From NCBI GenBank assembly GCA_029932605.1, contig JAOZPT010000070.1, positions 1 through 10,385 on the forward strand: DNA of 10,385 nt, given 5' to 3'. Under the pieces are notes generated by a model, which searched no databases, was not told the DNA's origin, and was given only the letters and a program-made list of their open reading frames with translations. A program made the position numbers and the translations under genes. Every line of letters starts with the position of its first letter. Within the stretch, counting starts at the first letter, position 1. This stretch comes from Candidatus Zixiibacteriota bacterium (lineage in GTDB: Bacteria; Zixibacteria; MSB-5A5; UBA10806; 4484-95). Below, piece after piece: positions 5,988 to 10,385 of this stretch.

Positions 5988-7784
5988 TTATTCACGCTCA
6001 ACAACGATTTTTACCCGAGTCACCATCAAGGGCACAACTGTCGCCTTAACAGCATACTTTTGTCCACCATCCTCAACCCACAGCAAATATTCTCCAGCGG
6101 GAACATCAGCAATCACAAAATTCTCATTATAGGCCGGACTAAAATTAACAGAATCTCCATATGTCTCGGCAAAAGAGAAAGGTGTCTCAGTAGGTACGGG
6201 TTTTTCAACACCGTAAATATGGGCTCCCATTATGGGTTTACCATCGGTATCAACAACGTTACCTACAATAGTGCCGCATCCTGCAAGAGGTTTTCGCCAG
6301 AGCTCGTTGTTGACGGTCTTATTGGGAACGTTGGAATCATCCTGTTTTGAAAGGGAAACCTCAAAATGCAAATGCTCATTGGTGACATTTCCCTTTTTCC
6401 CGATATGACCTATGATATCACCACGTTTGACTTTCTGCCCTATAAATCGTGTTATATCATGCATATGATGATAATGCGCATAAACATAATAATCATCAAA
6501 CCTGGTATCGCATTTTAAAACTGCATGACCAATCCTATGGTTAATGTAAACTATGGTACCATCATCAACCGATAAAAGAGAAACGCCCTCCGGGTTGTTG
6601 AATTCACACCCTTGATGCTGGCGGAAATTACCGCCCATGGTTGCACCATAAAGATATGTCTGGTCACACTGGTTATTTTCACTTGCACTAACCGGCCTTT
6701 TCATCCACTGGTGTATTGGTTTTTCGGGCCTATTAAACACCATTTGAGGTTCAGGGTAGATATTGGGTGCCGGTATCTTCTCCATCATTCGGTAAAGACC
6801 ATAGTTAGTACCAGCATAAATATTGCCATCGGGAGCCTGTGCCAGGCAGTTGATATTTTCACCGTAAAAGCCAGAGGTCTTGCCATACACCTTATATGAC
6901 TGACCATTGTTTTTAGTATAAGCAACCCCCTTATAGGTAGCTATCCACAACCCACCTTTTTGGTCAATTAGGATATCATGGACAAATTTCGAGGGCAACC
7001 CCCTGCTGATATTATTCCAGTTTTTACCGTTATCATCAGAATAGAAAAGACCATCATCACAACCGGCATACCAGGTCTTGTTTTTTACCGCAACCGCTCG
7101 AACCTTACAAATCGCCAGGTTGTCATCATTGTAGAGGCCATTCGGCGAAAAATTTCGCCAGCTTTTCCCCTTATCAGTGGATACCGAAAAACCATGGAGT
7201 GTTCCCACATACATATTATCTCCACTAATAACCATATCATAGATATACTGTGAGGCTAACCCCTGGCGCTCGTCAATTGTTGTAAACGGAGTTGTTTCAT
7301 ATTCAACGGTGGGGTCGATATCGTCCTTAAAAACGACGATACCATCAGCCGTAGGAACATATTTTATTCCGTCCTCAATATATGCTCCGACAGTATAAAG
7401 ATATTCAGTGCCAAAAAAGTTATATCCCAACCGCTTCCAGGTAATACCGCTATCACTGGAGATATTAAGACCATCGCCCAGGGTTGCCAGAATTATATAA
7501 TCATCGTCCCAATCACCACCTAAAATATAATTCCAGGACAATCCGCTCTTATCATCAAGGTCATTTTTTTCAAATACAGTCCAGGTTTCACCGCCATCCT
7601 TTGAAAACAGCGCACCTTTGCCATAAGTCCCCACCAGTATCTCATCATCTTTTATCACAACAGATAAAATATGAGTTTCCTTTAACCCTTCTCCAAGATC
7701 AATTCGTTCCCAGTATCTCAATTCCTTTTTACCACAACCCGATAAGGAAACCAGGACCGCTATAGCTAATAATACATTTTTCAT
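5988..7784 (-). CDS. Lipoprotein with BNR/Asp-box beta-propeller, M23 family peptidase domain and C-terminal carboxypeptidase-regulatory-like beta-sandwich
   Basis: Lipobox LSGC; repeats SKDGGETW, SSDSGITW, STDKGKSW, SDDNGKNW; M23-like HQGCE, YHHM, GQKVKRGDIIGHIGKKG, EHLHFEV; C-terminal GTIVGNVVDTDGKPI...DVPAGEY; GGGAGG ribosome-binding site. Confidence 0.85.
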   Translation of the reverse strand: MKNVLLAIAVLVSLSGCGKKELRYWERIDLGEGLKETHILSVVIKDDEILVGTYGKGALFSKDGGETWTVFEKNDLDDKSGLSWNYILGGDWDDDYIILATLGDGLNISSDSGITWKRLGYNFFGTEYLYTVGAYIEDGIKYVPTADGIVVFKDDIDPTVEYETTPFTTIDERQGLASQYIYDMVISGDNMYVGTLHGFSVSTDKGKSWRNFSPNGLYNDDNLAICKVRAVAVKNKTWYAGCDDGLFYSDDNGKNWNNISRGLPSKFVHDILIDQKGGLWIATYKGVAYTKNNGQSYKVYGKTSGFYGENINCLAQAPDGNIYAGTNYGLYRMMEKIPAPNIYPEPQMVFNRPEKPIHQWMKRPVSASENNQCDQTYLYGATMGGNFRQHQGCEFNNPEGVSLLSVDDGTIVYINHRIGHAVLKCDTRFDDYYVYAHYHHMHDITRFIGQKVKRGDIIGHIGKKGNVTNEHLHFEVSLSKQDDSNVPNKTVNNELWRKPLAGCGTIVGNVVDTDGKPIMGAHIYGVEKPVPTETPFSFAETYGDSVNFSPAYNENFVIADVPAGEYLLWVEDGGQKYAVKATVVPLMVTRVKIVVERE

Positions 7785-7797
7785 AATAGGCCTCCCT

Positions 7798-8415
7798 TTA
7801 ATTCATTATATGTAACCAATCTCTTAAAAGGAACGTTGTCCGACCGATTAACAGCGAGATACGCGCCATCACCGTAAAACCGAATGTCGCTCCGAAAAAT
7901 ATCATCAAAAAGTAAATCCCCAGCTTGGCCGCTCTGCCCAAAAATCCTTCATGCTTTTTTGAAAAATAGAAATATAGAAGGGTTGTGCATAAACCTATTA
8001 AAACTAAAGCAGCGTTAATAGCGTCACCTACCGAGACTAAATTGATAAACGGTGAAATGGTAGCTTTCATCTGGGCTAAAATATACGCCTGCATATTGGC
8101 TGGAATTGAAACACCCGCACCAAAACCGATATACAATGCCAAGGCAGGTCGGGATAACCAGGAGTGTTTTGAGGAAAAGCGAGCAAACATCAACAACCCC
8201 AAAATCACCGGAATAAGAACCAGCCATTCCCTGTGTATAAAAAGCGGATCGATTATCTTTGGCACAACTGTATCCATCCAGGCGATAACTATCAAAAAAC
8301 CAACTGAAATGCCTACCAAAAGATGTTCAGCGAATTTGTAAAACGGATTATCCTTGTATAAAAATGAATATAAAGCCAGTGTCAACAAAGCCGCAACCCA
8401 GACACCTATATCCAT
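7798..8415 (-). CDS. Multi-pass membrane protein of unknown function (last gene of the DUF6754-type cluster)
   Basis: About six hydrophobic helices; YSFLYKDNPFYKFAEHLLVG motif; TGATG overlap with the upstream gene. Confidence 0.8.
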   Translation of the reverse strand: MDIGVWVAALLTLALYSFLYKDNPFYKFAEHLLVGISVGFLIVIAWMDTVVPKIIDPLFIHREWLVLIPVILGLLMFARFSSKHSWLSRPALALYIGFGAGVSIPANMQAYILAQMKATISPFINLVSVGDAINAALVLIGLCTTLLYFYFSKKHEGFLGRAAKLGIYFLMIFFGATFGFTVMARISLLIGRTTFLLRDWLHIMN

Positions 8416-9242
8416 CAGGCTGTTCCCTTCTGTCTTTTCATCATAAAATACCCCAGATTCCCCATTAAAACTAAAATAACGATAAGCATATGGGCAATGC
8501 TCTGTGCACTCATGCCGATAGAGGCATCACCGGTTTTGTCAACAAGCTCTTCGTATTCAGCTGCCCCTTTTAAACCGGGCACCATACCTATTATCTGATT
8601 CTCCTGCAAAAAGGGATAATATGTCGTGGCCATTACCGCCGTGATAGCTGGAACTACAGCCTGGTGATAGCGCGCATTGGCATAGTTTATCCAGTAAGAT
8701 GGCGTGTCATCATCGGAAACTGAGACCACCAGGGCAATATCATTATAATTGTGCACTTTCTGCATAAGCGGTATATCATCAACAGGCAAACCACGATAAT
8801 CTTTGGGATAGACACGGTGAATATTTTCGCCCATACCAAGTATACCTGAGGATATCTCGGGGCGGAATCCCAGAAAAACATAATCCTCACCCTCAACCAG
8901 ACCAAACTCATCACCGTTATCCTTAAAAGCTTTATTACCGATAGCCGCTCCCTCAGCCCTGAAAGCGATACCAATAACTTTATGGCCGCGACTGAAGACA
9001 TGATGTAAAAGCGCCTTGGCCATCGGCGCCATCTCTGGCAACGTCGCCGTGTCATGGTCAAACGAAAAAAGCAAAACCGAGCCAGGGGGCAAGGTCTCGA
9101 TGAAATCGAAAGTCGCTTTCACCTCTTTGGTGATCTTATTGGGCAGTTTGAAATTGAATACCAATGGTATGGCCACCGATAGAAAAACCAATACGAATAT
9201 CAACCGTCTGTCAATCGTTGTTATTCTCTGCTGGAAACTCAT
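8415..9242 (-). CDS. Membrane-anchored alpha/beta protein of unknown function (N- and C-terminal TM helices)
   Basis: Likely start ATG at 9242 (MSFQQRI), 1 nt after the upstream TAG; motifs GEDYVFLGF and GLKGAAEYE. Confidence 0.8.
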   Translation of the reverse strand: MSFQQRITTIDRRLIFVLVFLSVAIPLVFNFKLPNKITKEVKATFDFIETLPPGSVLLFSFDHDTATLPEMAPMAKALLHHVFSRGHKVIGIAFRAEGAAIGNKAFKDNGDEFGLVEGEDYVFLGFRPEISSGILGMGENIHRVYPKDYRGLPVDDIPLMQKVHNYNDIALVVSVSDDDTPSYWINYANARYHQAVVPAITAVMATTYYPFLQENQIIGMVPGLKGAAEYEELVDKTGDASIGMSAQSIAHMLIVILVLMGNLGYFMMKRQKGTA

Positions 9243-9243
9243 A

Positions 9244-9864
9244 CTAACTGCGCCCCAGATATGTCCTTTCAACCCCAAGGATAACCCTTAGCGAGGTGGC
9301 AATCGTGCCAAGACCAACACCGATAAAAATCCCGCGTCGGGCCGTCATGGAAGGTACATTTAATATCCAGTTGGCTACTTTAGTGAAATAGGGTGATATG
9401 AGATCGCCTATGGGAACCCTGCCTATCATCACCAGCAAAGCCGCAAGTAAAAGTAAAAACGCTTCGAAATTCCTGGCTTTAAAACCACGATAAGCAGCAG
9501 AAACAACGAAAAAAGCCAAAAGCGAAAATACGGTAGCCTGCATCGGTGCCTGCATATGGTCAAATATCCAGACAAAAGGCGACCCCTCACCCCTGCCCCA
9601 TATCAGGCCGCTTAAAGCCATTACAAAAACTCCTATTAGCGTTACGATATTATAACCAAAACCAGAATCCCTTCGAGTAACCTTTTCGGCATGATACTTT
9701 ATCATGCCAACCACTCCAACGAGCAGAGTGAATATATATATAGTCTGAGTCCAATCGACCGCTGTCTCATAAGCAGCAATAGAGGCTTTACTGGGTATAA
9801 AAAACTGCACCAGCATAAAAGCACCGAACACAAAACAAATTAAAATCGGAATCTGCCTTCTCAT
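9244..9864 (-). CDS. Multi-pass membrane protein of unknown function
   Basis: About six hydrophobic helices; PMQATVFSLLAFFVVSAAYRGF and SLRVILGVER motifs; starts 1 nt after the upstream TGA. Confidence 0.8.
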   Translation of the reverse strand: MRRQIPILICFVFGAFMLVQFFIPSKASIAAYETAVDWTQTIYIFTLLVGVVGMIKYHAEKVTRRDSGFGYNIVTLIGVFVMALSGLIWGRGEGSPFVWIFDHMQAPMQATVFSLLAFFVVSAAYRGFKARNFEAFLLLLAALLVMIGRVPIGDLISPYFTKVANWILNVPSMTARRGIFIGVGLGTIATSLRVILGVERTYLGRS

Positions 9865-9865
9865 C

Positions 9866-10384
9866 TCAGGTAATCCTCAATAAATTCTGAAACATATCAT
9901 TGCCCATGATTGCAAGTATCACACCGATTATCATCACCAGTATGATAATAACCTTCAAATAATCAGAACCCTTTATACTGCCCAATACCTGTGAATCCTG
10001 CGAAAGATAACCCGAGGCGGCAAAGAGCTCCTCGCCGATAAGAACGTAATCGCAGGCCACTATGAAAAACGACATCTGGATCGATGAGTCGGTGCCGGCG
10101 ATCTGAATGGCGCCGATAGAATTGCCGGTTTCTGCCAAAATCAGCGATTCGGCCTCAAATGTTCCGAAAAAGAGGTTGGTGGCTGGTCTTTGGCGAAGCA
10201 TTATACCATCAACCGCCGCGGCATAACCAAACTGCGAATCGGTCACGAAAAATATGTTATCGGGGTCGAAATTATCCGGATGGCCGGCACGAGTGTAACC
10301 CTCATAAGCAACCTCCTGAGCAACCGCCATCACCACCGGGTCTTTGTTGGGGAAAATAAGCGGCGTATTATACTCAGCAACTTT
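9866..10384 (-). CDS. DUF6754-like protein, 5'-truncated by the window edge
   Basis: Frame stays open to the edge (KVAEYNTPLIFPNKDPVVMAV...); AESLILAETG...GAIQIAGT...FFIVACDYVLIGEELFAASGYLS then a C-terminal TM helix; family recognised from memory. Confidence 0.7.
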   Translation of the reverse strand, partial: KVAEYNTPLIFPNKDPVVMAVAQEVAYEGYTRAGHPDNFDPDNIFFVTDSQFGYAAAVDGIMLRQRPATNLFFGTFEAESLILAETGNSIGAIQIAGTDSSIQMSFFIVACDYVLIGEELFAASGYLSQDSQVLGSIKGSDYLKVIIILVMIIGVILAIMGNDMFQNLLRIT

Positions 10385-10385
10385 T

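Noticed and set aside
9243..9278. TTG start at 9278 for the 8415 gene
   Set aside because: It overlaps the upstream gene; ATG at 9242 directly follows the upstream stop and fits translational coupling.
4571..10359. Short alternative-frame and antisense ORFs in the track (4571, 4737, 5543, 5685, 6060, 6612, 6978, 7484, 7985, 8024, 8687, 9016, 10159)
   Set aside because: All overlap well-supported genes and show no recognisable motifs; treated as shadow ORFs.

Overview
AT-rich bacterial window with almost every gene on the minus strand; lineage is not determinable from sequence alone. In transcription order (right to left): the 3' part of a tightly coupled four-gene membrane-protein cluster (DUF6754-like gene, truncated, plus three uncharacterised membrane proteins), a lipoprotein with BNR/beta-propeller and M23 peptidase domains, an unannotated 40-aa CxxC/CPxCG zinc-ribbon micro-protein coupled to a DUF72 gene and an S11 D-Ala-D-Ala peptidase, then tRNA-Thr(TGT), tRNA-Tyr(GTA) and tRNA-Gly(TCC) in the usual thrU-tyrU-glyT order but spread apart. 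Between tRNA-Tyr and tRNA-Gly lies a divergent class I HMG-CoA-reductase-fold gene with replaced catalytic motifs, an inserted zinc ribbon and its own near-consensus promoter. Directly 3' of tRNA-Gly are two identical 316-bp units, each a minimal GIY-YIG nuclease gene followed by a partial tRNA-Gly copy whose anticodon arm is replaced by a different short hairpin; no integrase is present. A D-glucuronyl C5-epimerase-like gene follows, converging on the end of a plus-strand gene. The best candidates for undescribed biology are the tRNA-anchored GIY-YIG tandem element and the HMGR-like protein.
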